From a virus (lineage: Duplodnaviria > Caudoviricetes), in IMG/VR virus record IMGVR_UViG_3300037279_000070, positions 1-36,135 of that record: a DNA stretch of 36,135 bases. One strand, given 5' to 3'. Both the position numbers and the translations under genes were made by a program. Below are positions 1 through 8,600 of this stretch, piece after piece; the first letter of the stretch is position 1, and each line of letters opens with the position of its first letter. A model generated the notes under the pieces. That model did not search any database, had not been told where the DNA came from, and worked only from the letters and a program-made list of their open reading frames with translations.

Positions 1-126
1 TGATGTCCCATACTTATTTACCCATTCCTTTACAGGAAGTTCTTCTTCTTCGTCCTTTACTATAACAAAAGGGTCATAGCAAGGTTTGAACCGCCTTATA
101 AGACGGTTAGAAATTTTTGTTTCCAT
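1..126 (-). CDS. Hypothetical protein, runs off the left edge (METKISNRLIRRFKPCYDPF...)
   Basis: ATG at 126 after an A-rich leader, 7 nt downstream of the 134 stop; open to the window edge. Confidence 0.55.
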   Translation of the reverse strand, partial: METKISNRLIRRFKPCYDPFVIVKDEEEELPVKEWVNKYGTS

Positions 127-133
127 TTTTTTG

Positions 134-355
134 TTAATTTTTAGGAGGAAATAAATCCTCTGGTTTACAATTAAAATACGTGGCCAGTACACTTTTAGTT
201 AGTTCATCGGGCGTCTGATCTCCGTATATCCACGCCCTAACAGTTTTCTCCGTTTTCTTTGTCTCGTCCGCTATTTTACGGACAAAGGCGCGTTTAGGCG
301 TTTCAATGTTGCCTTTAGAAGGCAGACCTTTGTAAATGTCTGTGAATGTTGCCAT
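134..355 (-). CDS. Cro/XRE-like HTH protein (likely start MATFTDIYK at 355)
   Basis: RKIADETKKTEKTVRAWIYGDQTP...LATYFNCKPEDLF fits a Cro/XRE fold. The ATG at 355 has an A-rich leader, whereas the longer 403 start overlaps the promoter. Confidence 0.7.
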   Translation of the reverse strand: MATFTDIYKGLPSKGNIETPKRAFVRKIADETKKTEKTVRAWIYGDQTPDELTKSVLATYFNCKPEDLFPPKN

Positions 356-379
356 TTTTATTGTGATTAAATTATACGT

Positions 380-467
380 CAAAAGTACACATAATACCTG
401 CAATGTGTACTTATTATTCTATGTTGTACAACATGTTTTCGAGGTTGAAAAGTATGTTATACAACAT
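380..467 (-). promoter_or_regulatory. Bacteroidetes-type promoter with operator-like palindromes
   Basis: TACTTTTG (TAnnTTTG) on minus at 380-387; 10-bp inverted repeat at 383-392/403-412; palindromes ATGTTGTACAACAT (421-434) and ATGTTATACAACAT (454-467). Confidence 0.55.
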
Positions 468-469
468 GT

Positions 470-715
470 TTACAGCTCCAATAACTCTATAATCTTCCCA
501 ATTTTTTGAAGGGAGATCGTTCCTCCGTTTAGGAACTTGCTTATTTCCTGCTGAGTGCAGCCGGTAAGACGGGCTATGTCCGTTCCACGTGTTCGCGATT
601 GCTTGGTTTCCGCGATTGTTTTCAATCGAATTTTTATTAGGAACGCCCGTTTCCTTTCTGAGTATTCAGATTGCAGCTTGGTGATTTCGTTAAGCTCTGT
701 AATTAGTTCGTTCAT
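470..715 (-). CDS. XRE-family HTH transcriptional regulator
   Basis: TDIARLTGCTQQEISKFLNG..ISLQKIGKI is a typical XRE HTH. Confidence 0.75.
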   Translation of the reverse strand: MNELITELNEITKLQSEYSERKRAFLIKIRLKTIAETKQSRTRGTDIARLTGCTQQEISKFLNGGTISLQKIGKIIELLEL

Positions 716-730
716 TTTATTTTGGTTTGT

Positions 731-755
731 AAAAGGGAGCCTTTCGACTCCCTTT
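731..755 (-). terminator. Hairpin, possible intrinsic terminator
   Basis: Minus strand AAAGGGAGTC-GAAA-GGCTCCCTTTT directly after the stop at 760. Confidence 0.45.
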
Positions 756-759
756 CTTG

Positions 760-1209
760 TTAAAGAACAAATAATCCTAACGCTACTGCTTTAACTTTAG
801 ACATCAATCCGCAATAATACATTCCGCAATAATACATTGCATTTTCATCCTTGTAAAAAGTTTCCCGTTTTTCGCCCGGGAAAGGACGCCCATTTATGTC
901 GTTTTTCTGAATATCAGAAAAACAATTTGGGGTAATTTTTTCTGTTGTTTGTTTGCTTTGTGTTTGCCAAATTCCAGGATATGTTTCAATAAATCTTTCT
1001 CCTTCATAATAGAATTCTCTGGTTTTCGATTCTATTATCCTTTCTTCGATCTGAATTGGGTTTCCCTCGCATGTGCCATTTAGATGCCTATATAATACAT
1101 CCCTTAGGATGTCGTGCCGCCCAGCCCATGTGATTTCTCCGATTTTTACATCAGAGGTTTCTTTGAAAGCATAATTTTTGAAGTTGTGTCTGTAAACTAT
1201 CGTTTTCAT
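760..1209 (-). CDS. Hypothetical phage protein
   Basis: 149-aa ORF preceded by the conserved leader repeat; contains a 15-bp tandem duplication (MYYCG x2, 808-837). Confidence 0.65.
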   Translation of the reverse strand: MKTIVYRHNFKNYAFKETSDVKIGEITWAGRHDILRDVLYRHLNGTCEGNPIQIEERIIESKTREFYYEGERFIETYPGIWQTQSKQTTEKITPNCFSDIQKNDINGRPFPGEKRETFYKDENAMYYCGMYYCGLMSKVKAVALGLFVL

Positions 1210-1248
1210 TTTTTTAGTGCCGGTTCCATTCAGCCGGCGAAGTTAAAT
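1210..1248 (-). repeat. Conserved hairpin leader, copy 1
   Basis: Minus strand ATTTAACTTCGCCGGCTGAATGGAACCGGCACTAAAAAAA directly abutting the ATG. Confidence 0.9.
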
Positions 1249-1334
1249 CTTGAAAAGTAATCCGAAAAGTCTTTAATTTTGTGGTGCCGGACTTTTTCCG
1301 CCCAGCACCTGTTCTTTTTCCACCTGATCCCATA

Positions 1335-1778
1335 TTACCAATTTCCTGAATGAAAACGATAACCAATTCCTAAGCAGTCAAAACAAACACCTTTGCAAAA
1401 GTGGCTAAAAGCAGGAATAACACCTTTACCGTTGCATTTTGCGCAAACATAAGCGTCTTGATGTATAGTTATTGATTCTTTTACGTGGGGCATTTGAGCC
1501 ACTTTTGCAAAACAATCACAAATGCTTTCAGGGTCAAATGATTTTAGCATAAAACACTTACCTTTTCCGTTAATAAAAATTCTAAGGTTGTAGTTAAAAT
1601 TATTCGAGTTAGTCCCCATGTAGCCTTTTTTGATAAGCAAAAAATAAACGGCTGAGTTTGATAATGCTTTATTAAGGCTTTTTGTAAAATAAGAACGATT
1701 ATCACATTGCAAATCAAATCCAGCAGCTTTATAAGCTGCTTGCAGTTTGTTTTCTAATTTAGTTGAAGTCATAGCCAT
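1335..1778 (-). CDS. Hypothetical protein with C-terminal DnaJ-type Zn finger (2x CxxCxGxG)
   Basis: CAKCNGKG...CFDCLGIG. Confidence 0.7.
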   Translation of the reverse strand: MAMTSTKLENKLQAAYKAAGFDLQCDNRSYFTKSLNKALSNSAVYFLLIKKGYMGTNSNNFNYNLRIFINGKGKCFMLKSFDPESICDCFAKVAQMPHVKESITIHQDAYVCAKCNGKGVIPAFSHFCKGVCFDCLGIGYRFHSGNW

Positions 1779-1835
1779 TTTTTTAGGGCCGGTTCCATTC
1801 AGCCGGCGAAGTTTAAATTTGCTGTATTAGTATTT
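1779..1835 (-). repeat. Conserved hairpin leader, copy 2
   Basis: Near-identical to copies 1 and 3; also shares TGTATTAGTATTT with copy 3. Confidence 0.9.
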
Positions 1836-1840
1836 TTATT

Positions 1841-2125
1841 TTAGTTTGAACTTCTCACCCATTTGCGATTTCTTCCCCCAAGCGTCGCCGTTTTAATCCA
1901 AATCTCAGAGCAAGAATAAGGGTTACCCGCGTGTTTCATTTCTCCTTCTATTTCAACCCAGCCGAGTTGGCGTGGGTAGCATCCATTGTTTTTTATGCAG
2001 CAAGGTGCATTTTGAGAGACTGTGACTTTTGAGATCAAATTATCAAACTCAAAATCTTTAATATCAGAAGCAATTTTACTTTTGTTTCCGCGTCTTACGA
2101 TTTCAATAACTTCGTTTGCTTTCAT
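1841..2125 (-). CDS. Hypothetical phage protein
   Basis: 94-aa ORF preceded by the leader repeat. Confidence 0.65.
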   Translation of the reverse strand: MKANEVIEIVRRGNKSKIASDIKDFEFDNLISKVTVSQNAPCCIKNNGCYPRQLGWVEIEGEMKHAGNPYSCSEIWIKTATLGGRNRKWVRSSN

Positions 2126-2183
2126 TTTTTTAGTGCCGGTTCCATTCAGCCGGCGAAGTTTAAATTGTGATGTATTAGTATTT
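2126..2183 (-). repeat. Conserved hairpin leader, copy 3
   Basis: Plus strand TTTTTTAGTGCCGGTTCCATTCAGCCGGCGAAGTTTAAATT abutting CAT at 2123-2125. Confidence 0.9.
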
Positions 2184-2217
2184 AATTGTGATGTAAAGGT
2201 ACATCATATGTGATGTA
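2166..2217. promoter_or_regulatory. Operator-like TGTGATGTA triple repeat in the upstream region
   Basis: Copies at 2166, 2187 and 2209 (21-22 bp spacing) plus inverted half-site TACATCA at 2200. Confidence 0.5.
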
Positions 2218-2354
2218 AATGCAAATTATTGAAGAATTATTTTAGCGTGTAAGTGGTTGATATATTGATAGATAAAACTTTAACATTTCATTTTGATTGA
2301 AAACTGTGCATTTGTTGTGATTTTAACACTTGCTTTTGTGGAATAAAGGGGCAT

Positions 2355-2386
2355 AAAAAAAGAGCTACTCTCACGAGCAACTCTTT
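2355..2386 (-). terminator. Intrinsic terminator with GUGA tetraloop
   Basis: Minus strand AAAGAGTTGCTC-GTGA-GAGTAGCTCTTTTTTT just downstream of the 2409 stop. Confidence 0.7.
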
Positions 2387-2408
2387 CCAGGCAAAATCAA
2401 AAAAAATA

Positions 2409-2888
2409 TTAGTCTATTATGACAGCGTCTTGAATATGTCTGCGTTTCTCTTCGAATACTCTGTTTGCTTCTTCGACAAAAGAGTGAAATTTACTTTTAT
2501 CTTGAAGTATTTCTTTGTCGTCTTTTATCTCTGCAAGCATCGTATAGATTCGCGTTATAGAATTCATTAGGGAAGCTAATTGAGTTATGTTATCGCAAGA
2601 GGGCAATAGCGTCCAGGCTTTTGCTAAAGTCGCATCAAATAAATTATGAAGTGTATCGTATGTTCTTGTTTGGAATTGTGACCTTCTAAGCTCTATCGAA
2701 TTGTTTGATCTTACGACCAGATTAGTCGAAAACTCCACATTCTCTAATTCGTTGATATGCTTACTTTTCCACGTTCGGAAAGTAGCAATGTTTACATTAT
2801 ACTTTTTAGCAGTTTCCGCGTTTGTTTTATTATTCTTTATTTGCCAGTTCAGCGCTTGCAATTTTGTCGTCTTTGAATACTTCTTCAA
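2409..2888 (-). CDS. N-terminal HTH DNA-binding protein, possibly terminase small subunit-like
   Basis: KYSKTTKLQAL...AETAKKYNVNIATFRTWKSK HTH followed by a helical region; TTG start. The TerS role is speculative. Confidence 0.5.
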   Translation of the reverse strand: MKKYSKTTKLQALNWQIKNNKTNAETAKKYNVNIATFRTWKSKHINELENVEFSTNLVVRSNNSIELRRSQFQTRTYDTLHNLFDATLAKAWTLLPSCDNITQLASLMNSITRIYTMLAEIKDDKEILQDKSKFHSFVEEANRVFEEKRRHIQDAVIID

Positions 2889-2989
2889 TTTTGTTTTATA
2901 TTATAAGGTTTGAATGTATATATTGAAATGTCAGACAGTTAGTTGCGAATAAAGTGTCTTAAAATGAAGCATATTTGAATAAACATACA

Positions 2990-3226
2990 CTATTCTACAG
3001 AATTATAATAGCATTCGTGCGTTTCAATTACTTCGTTCTGATCAATCGTATTTGATTGATTATCAAATGCTTTGACTACGTAGCTCATTATCAAATCAGC
3101 GAACATAAAGGAATAATTAGAAGCTAAGAATGTTATAAATCGATATTCCATTATTCTGTCACTTACCTTCTTAAGCAGCTTCTTTCTGCCTTTCATAACG
3201 ATTCTAAGATAGCGGAATGGTTTCAT
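2990..3226 (-). CDS. Hypothetical protein
   Basis: 78-aa ORF overlapping the upstream stop (ATGA). Confidence 0.5.
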   Translation of the reverse strand: MKPFRYLRIVMKGRKKLLKKVSDRIMEYRFITFLASNYSFMFADLIMSYVVKAFDNQSNTIDQNEVIETHECYYNSVE

Positions 3227-3414
3227 AAATAAATTCGGGTCTGAATTTCAAAAACCTCCTGTGTTCTGTATCTCCTCAACTTCTTTACAAAGCTCTCTTC
3301 TTCATTGTCAATCAAAACAGGGTTCAAAATGTTCTTTCTCTGTAGGTTATGCAAATCTTTCCTGTTTAACCCTAAAAGTTTTGATGTCTCGGCGATGGTA
3401 AGTAGATCATTCAT
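3223..3414 (-). CDS. MerR/excisionase-like HTH protein
   Basis: LLTIAETSKLLGLNRKDLHNLQRKNIL.P......RRYRTQEV pattern. Confidence 0.7.
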   Translation of the reverse strand: MNDLLTIAETSKLLGLNRKDLHNLQRKNILNPVLIDNEEESFVKKLRRYRTQEVFEIQTRIYL

Positions 3415-3560
3415 GTTATGTATATTTATGCAAGAAATTAAAAATTCAAATATTTGGTATCTGTCCCGTGAGACATTGAGACTTTATCTCTGATTATCAA
3501 TAGTTTGAGAAATGGCGTTGTTTTGAGATGAAATGTATAATTATACAGATATGCAAATGT

Positions 3561-3938
3561 TTATTCAATATTTAGATAGGTCACGGATACTATCGTTTTA
3601 TCGTAAGATTCTTTTATGAATACTTTATCATTTTCTATACGTTTTTTGGCGTCTTCTAATCGGTCATAATCGTAAAGAAATGAATTCCATTTATCGTTCT
3701 GAAACCATTGAGGGATATATTTTTTATTTCCATCATTCAACTCTCGAACTTCAATCCGATAATTAGGGAGTAAAGATGTTTTTTCTTCGAACTTTTCTTC
3801 GAACTTTTCTTCTTTAGCTTTTCTCACGTATTGCAATTCGAATAGTTTACTTATCAACACGATTATTTTGTAGACAGCAAAACCGATAATAGCAAAAAAA
3901 AGCACAAAATATATAGCATGCAAAATAATTGTTTCCAT
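3561..3938 (-). CDS. Hypothetical membrane-anchored protein
   Basis: N-terminal hydrophobic helix (IILHAIYFVLFFAIIGFAVYKIIVLI); 12-bp EEKF tandem repeat. Confidence 0.65.
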   Translation of the reverse strand: METIILHAIYFVLFFAIIGFAVYKIIVLISKLFELQYVRKAKEEKFEEKFEEKTSLLPNYRIEVRELNDGNKKYIPQWFQNDKWNSFLYDYDRLEDAKKRIENDKVFIKESYDKTIVSVTYLNIE

Positions 3939-3958
3939 AATAAATGGTTTTAAAAGGA

Positions 3959-4024
3959 ACCCTCCCTATTCTCACGAACCAGGACGGGTAAAATGAATAT
4001 ATGCATATTGAAGACGCAAATATA
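3959..4024 (-). promoter_or_regulatory. TAnnTTTG promoter plus 5' UTR hairpin with GUGA loop
   Basis: TATATTTG on minus at 4017-4024; hairpin ACCCGTCCTGGTTC-GTGA-GAATAGGGAGGGT at ~3959-3989. Confidence 0.5.
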
Positions 4025-4145
4025 CAATAGATTTCTGTATAACATACACTTTTAATGTATATTAATACAAGTTTATTGCAAGTATGCTATAATACAACCT
4101 CTTAGTACTGCATATATTAGCGTAATTTGTGCAAAAATTAAAATT

Positions 4146-4745
4146 ATGCCAGGAATTGATCCAATTTCTCTCGGTTTAGGTGCCGCAGGAATAGTCGGCG
4201 ACATTATCGGTAACCTTTTTGGAAACAGTGCACGGAAGAAGCAACAAGACATTCTCAATCAGCAACAGAGCCAACTTAACTCCGTGGAGGATGAGAATCA
4301 GAACTACTACAATCAAAACTATTATGGAAATGCTCTCGACAGGACAGAGAACGCCTCCGCTCTGACTCGTGCTAATCAGTTCTTTAAGCAAAGGACAGCA
4401 CAAGACAGAAAGACGGCAGCCGTGACAGGTGCAACGCCTGAAGCCGTGAACGCTGATAAATCACAATATTCGAATGCCTACTCGAATTTAGTAGGCAATA
4501 TTGCAGCGGGTGCATCGAATAGCCGTGATAGAGTTCGTGCTAATTATGAAAATCAGCTTAACAACACCATGAACCAGCAAAATAATCTCAATCAGTTGGA
4601 TATTGGGCTGCTTAATCAGAAAGCTCAAGCAGCCGGTAACTTCGCACAAAATGCGGGAAATGTTGCTTCAAGTGCTGTCCAGTCTGGTTTGATATCAAGT
4701 TATAACCCATATAAAGGTGCTATATCAAACATCAATCTAACGTAA
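4146..4745 (+). CDS. Putative internal virion/ejection (DNA pilot-like) protein
   Basis: Gly/Ala-rich hydrophobic N-terminus (ISLGLGAAGIVGDIIGNLFG), Q/N/A-rich helical body; first of three genes of increasing size, as in the P22 gp7/gp20/gp16 triad. Confidence 0.6.
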   Translation: MPGIDPISLGLGAAGIVGDIIGNLFGNSARKKQQDILNQQQSQLNSVEDENQNYYNQNYYGNALDRTENASALTRANQFFKQRTAQDRKTAAVTGATPEAVNADKSQYSNAYSNLVGNIAAGASNSRDRVRANYENQLNNTMNQQNNLNQLDIGLLNQKAQAAGNFAQNAGNVASSAVQSGLISSYNPYKGAISNINLT

Positions 4746-4752
4746 CAATGCC

Positions 4753-5691
4753 ATGAATCCAGCCAAAGACTTAAAAAAGAAATTTACACCTGGAGATCCT
4801 GTAGTCCTTCAACAAAGTGGCGAACAAGACAAAGCGTTGAACGATGTGAATAAAGCTACTGGATTATCGGACGATACTCCCGTAGGCGCAAATCAAAATC
4901 CTATTCCTACCGAAGATATTCATAGTCAGGAGACTTCAGTAAATCAACCCGAGAATGTTGGACCATCTAACGAACCTACAGAGACAAACGACGCAATTTC
5001 TCGTTATCAGAAATATGTAGAAGGTATTCAACGTCCTGATTTATCAAGTCTATTGACAGGGTATGATCAACAAAAAAAGCAAGCAGAGCAGGATGTCCAG
5101 AAAGCTGAATCGAACAGGAAATGGGCTGCATTAGCGGACTTGGGGAATCTAGTAGGCGAATATATCGGTGCAAGAGGTGGCGCAAATGTCAATGTGAACA
5201 AAACTAACAATGAAGGAGTTTACAATCAGGCTATCAATAAGTTATCGAATACCTACAGACAGTTTCAATCGGGACGCCCTGATCTGGTTGTTAAATTGGC
5301 TTTACAGAAGTATAATGAACAGATGCAGACAGCTGGAGGACTTTATAAGGGAGCTGTTTTATCTGATAAAGAGAAACAAGATCAATTCAATCAAGATTAT
5401 AAATTAGCTGATTTGAATCAGAAGATTGCAGCTGAAAACAATAGATTTGCGCTCGAACAGAAAAGCGTTGCAACGGCTGCGCAACGCGAAAAAGATCAAG
5501 CCGAACATAATAGAATATTAGAAAATCTTACAGGTCAACGACGAAGGACACAAGATGCCGAAAATGCAAAGAAGGCTTATCAACCTAAAAAACAATCTAC
5601 AAATGATGTGAATTGGAGAAAACATAATGCCACACCACAACCAAATACACCTGCCGATAATGATATAAATGGAACACTTGTAAATCAATAA
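4753..5691 (+). CDS. Putative ejection protein (coiled-coil)
   Basis: Q/E/K-rich coiled coil with an amphipathic WAALADLGNLVG segment; synteny. Confidence 0.5.
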   Translation: MNPAKDLKKKFTPGDPVVLQQSGEQDKALNDVNKATGLSDDTPVGANQNPIPTEDIHSQETSVNQPENVGPSNEPTETNDAISRYQKYVEGIQRPDLSSLLTGYDQQKKQAEQDVQKAESNRKWAALADLGNLVGEYIGARGGANVNVNKTNNEGVYNQAINKLSNTYRQFQSGRPDLVVKLALQKYNEQMQTAGGLYKGAVLSDKEKQDQFNQDYKLADLNQKIAAENNRFALEQKSVATAAQREKDQAEHNRILENLTGQRRRTQDAENAKKAYQPKKQSTNDVNWRKHNATPQPNTPADNDINGTLVNQ

Positions 5692-5694
5692 ATT

Positions 5695-8600
5695 ATGCCG
5701 ATTGTAGATGTAAACGGACAGAAAGGATTCGTTCCTGATGCAAACTTAGATGGTTTTCTAAAAGACTATCCGGACGCGAATATTCATTATGCTATAAATG
5801 GGCAGACATGGGCTGTGCCGGCAAAGAATACCAAAAAATTATTGCAAAAGTTTCCCGATGCAGCACCTTTGACAGGAGGTATCGAGACGCCAAAAGACTT
5901 AGCTATACCACATGATCAAGTAGGATTTCAGGGAAGCTTGACGGCTCCTGATCTAAATCCAGAACAAGGGTACCATCCTATCAACAAAACAGGAACGCCT
6001 TCCGTAGTTCCAATGCCTATTCCTTCTTCAATATCCGATCAGCCTATTTTCAATCAACCACAGGAACCGGCTTTAAAAGTAGCACCATATCAGAATGAGA
6101 ACTTAAAAGGAGCGGAAAGCAAAGCACTTGTAAATACTGCTTATAATAATTTAAATTCATCAATAAGTAAAACGGGGGAACAAGCATATAACGCTTCGGG
6201 ATTTAATAAAAATACTCATTTAGGAAGTCCAATGTCAGAAGATGCTGGATCATTGACTAATGCTATACTTGGAATCCAGGCTTATAATAAATCAATAGAC
6301 CCTGCAACATTTATACCTCAAAAGATTGATGAGCTTCAGCCTTATATCCAAAACGAAGCATTGCAAGAGCTTCAAAATGATCCAAACTACTTAAATCTTA
6401 AGAATACAGGACAGTTAACACCTGACTTGCAGCAGAAATTAGTATCTGACAAGTTAGCTCAAAAGACACAACAGGCTTATGATACTATACTTCAAAAGGG
6501 ATATATTCAACCAAACATGCCAACAAGTTGGGCAGATGATATAATCAAAGGAGCTGTTAATCAGTCTATGATTGGGATGGGGTATAACTTAGCTACCAAT
6601 GTGGAGTCTGGATCACTTTTAGCCGCTAAACAACAGGCTTTAAAAGACTATAATCCTAATATTGTAGAATCGGCTCTTTCCATGGCCGGAGGTTTTATAT
6701 TAGATAGTCCTTTCTTTGCAGTGGGTGGAGAGGTTACAAGTGCGGCAACGGATGCGATAGCTAATCAAGTCTTAAAACAATCCACTAAAGGCCTTTTAGA
6801 AAATGGAGTCTTAGGTGTCAATCCAGAGTCATTAGCAAGATTATTGAGTCCTGCAGAAAAAGGTATCATAAAAGGTAGTGAATATGCCGGACAAGGATTG
6901 ACGATGGCAAACTATAATCAGGCAAAGAGTGATCTCGGCCAACTACTAGATATAAATGAGGGGGTTAAGTCTATTGGAGATTTTAAACCTTTTGATGTAA
7001 AGAAATATTTTGAAGATTTCGGAATGTTTTCTATGTTGGGATTTGCCGGAGGAGCTGTTTATGGAGCTGCACAGAAGGCAAAAGAAGCAATTGGCGGATT
7101 AGCCGGAAACTTAACGGCGCGTGCTATTCAAGTTGGGGATGTCGCTGCACAGTCAGCATCCTTTACCGCTGTGAGTGCTTTAGAAAATCCTAATACTCAT
7201 TTTAATGCCTTTAAGGATTTTGAGAGTAATTTTTTGATGTTCGCCACTATGGGTGCACAACATCTCATCGGAGGCGTTGAGGGCGTAAGGAAGCCACGTC
7301 CAGAGAATGCAGCACAGAAGAAAATGTATGACTTCATGGATAATAATCTTAAGGGAAATAATGACATTTTAAACTCTATAAATTTTACACAAGAGGAACA
7401 AAATGCACTTTCTCCTTTGAGCAAGGCAACTGATCTTAAGAGTGCAATAATAGACCTTAGTAATCAATCAGTAAAAGACAAAGACTTGGCTAAAAAGGTA
7501 GATGACTTATTGACTAATAAAGATGTGCCATTTTCTCTAAAATCAAAACTCTATTATGCTATTTCGGGCGATATGCTTTCCATTCCCACAATAGGAACCC
7601 ATGCCGTCATCCCAGATAATGATATGTACACAGTAGAGGCAAGAGATAGAGCAGGAAACCTAATTGAGAAAAAACCAAATCTATCCTTAGAGGATGCAAC
7701 TAACATCGACAGGGACTATGACGAGATGAAAAAAGATCAGGATGGTTTTATGTTAGAGAGATCATTAGGGAACACTGATGCGGTAACAAACATTATGAAA
7801 GACGTGGCAAAGAAAGAAGAAATACCCATAGATGACATCTCAAAGATATTTGCCAAAGAACCAAAAGACAGAACGGATAAAGAAAGACAGATAACACAAA
7901 GTTATATTAGTGAATTGCTTAAGAACGTGAAACCATCTAAAAATAATATTTTATTATCTGACTATGACAATATCACAAATGCACAGAGGAAATCTATAGT
8001 CGATAATTACGATAAGTCATTACATAATTTTGACGACACATTTGGAAAGGATGCAGAACAGATGAAAGGACAAGTAGATTCGGGTAATTATGAAGATTAC
8101 TGGATGACAAAAGGGCAAAAAGATGCCGTAAATAAATATGTAAAGACAAAAAAAGACTATGATGGGTTTCTAAATCATGTAAAGAATAATTTAGATAAAA
8201 CCATAGAGAAACTCCATAAATCCATTGACTTATTAACCAATAAAGATACTGGTCATGTAACGGAGGTAAAATTTAATGGGCAGAACTATACTGTATCAGA
8301 TGGTAAATTAGCAATATCAGTAGATGAAAACGTAGTCAAAGAAATAGATAATAAGAACTCATCTGATATAATAGCGTTACGAGATGTTAATGGAAATATA
8401 ATCAGTGCCAGCATAAAAGACAGCAACTTGGAATTGCAATCTGATACTGACGCCAAAGAGTTAAAGCAATCCGTAGTCGATCAGGCAAGAAATAAAGCTG
8501 TTGAGGATATTAAATCTTCAATAGATTACAATAAGGGCGAACAACTTTTCTATACAAAAGACGGGAAGACGACTAATGTAACGTTTGATCAAGCACACCC

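Noticed and set aside
808-837. 15-bp duplication (MYYCG x2), and similarly the 12-bp EEKF repeat near 3780
   Set aside because: Ordinary in-frame slippage with no evidence of function
1207-2166. Leader repeats as a CRISPR array or integron attC sites
   Set aside because: The intervening segments are whole genes of 300-530 bp, and there are no attC R-box ends or integrase in the window
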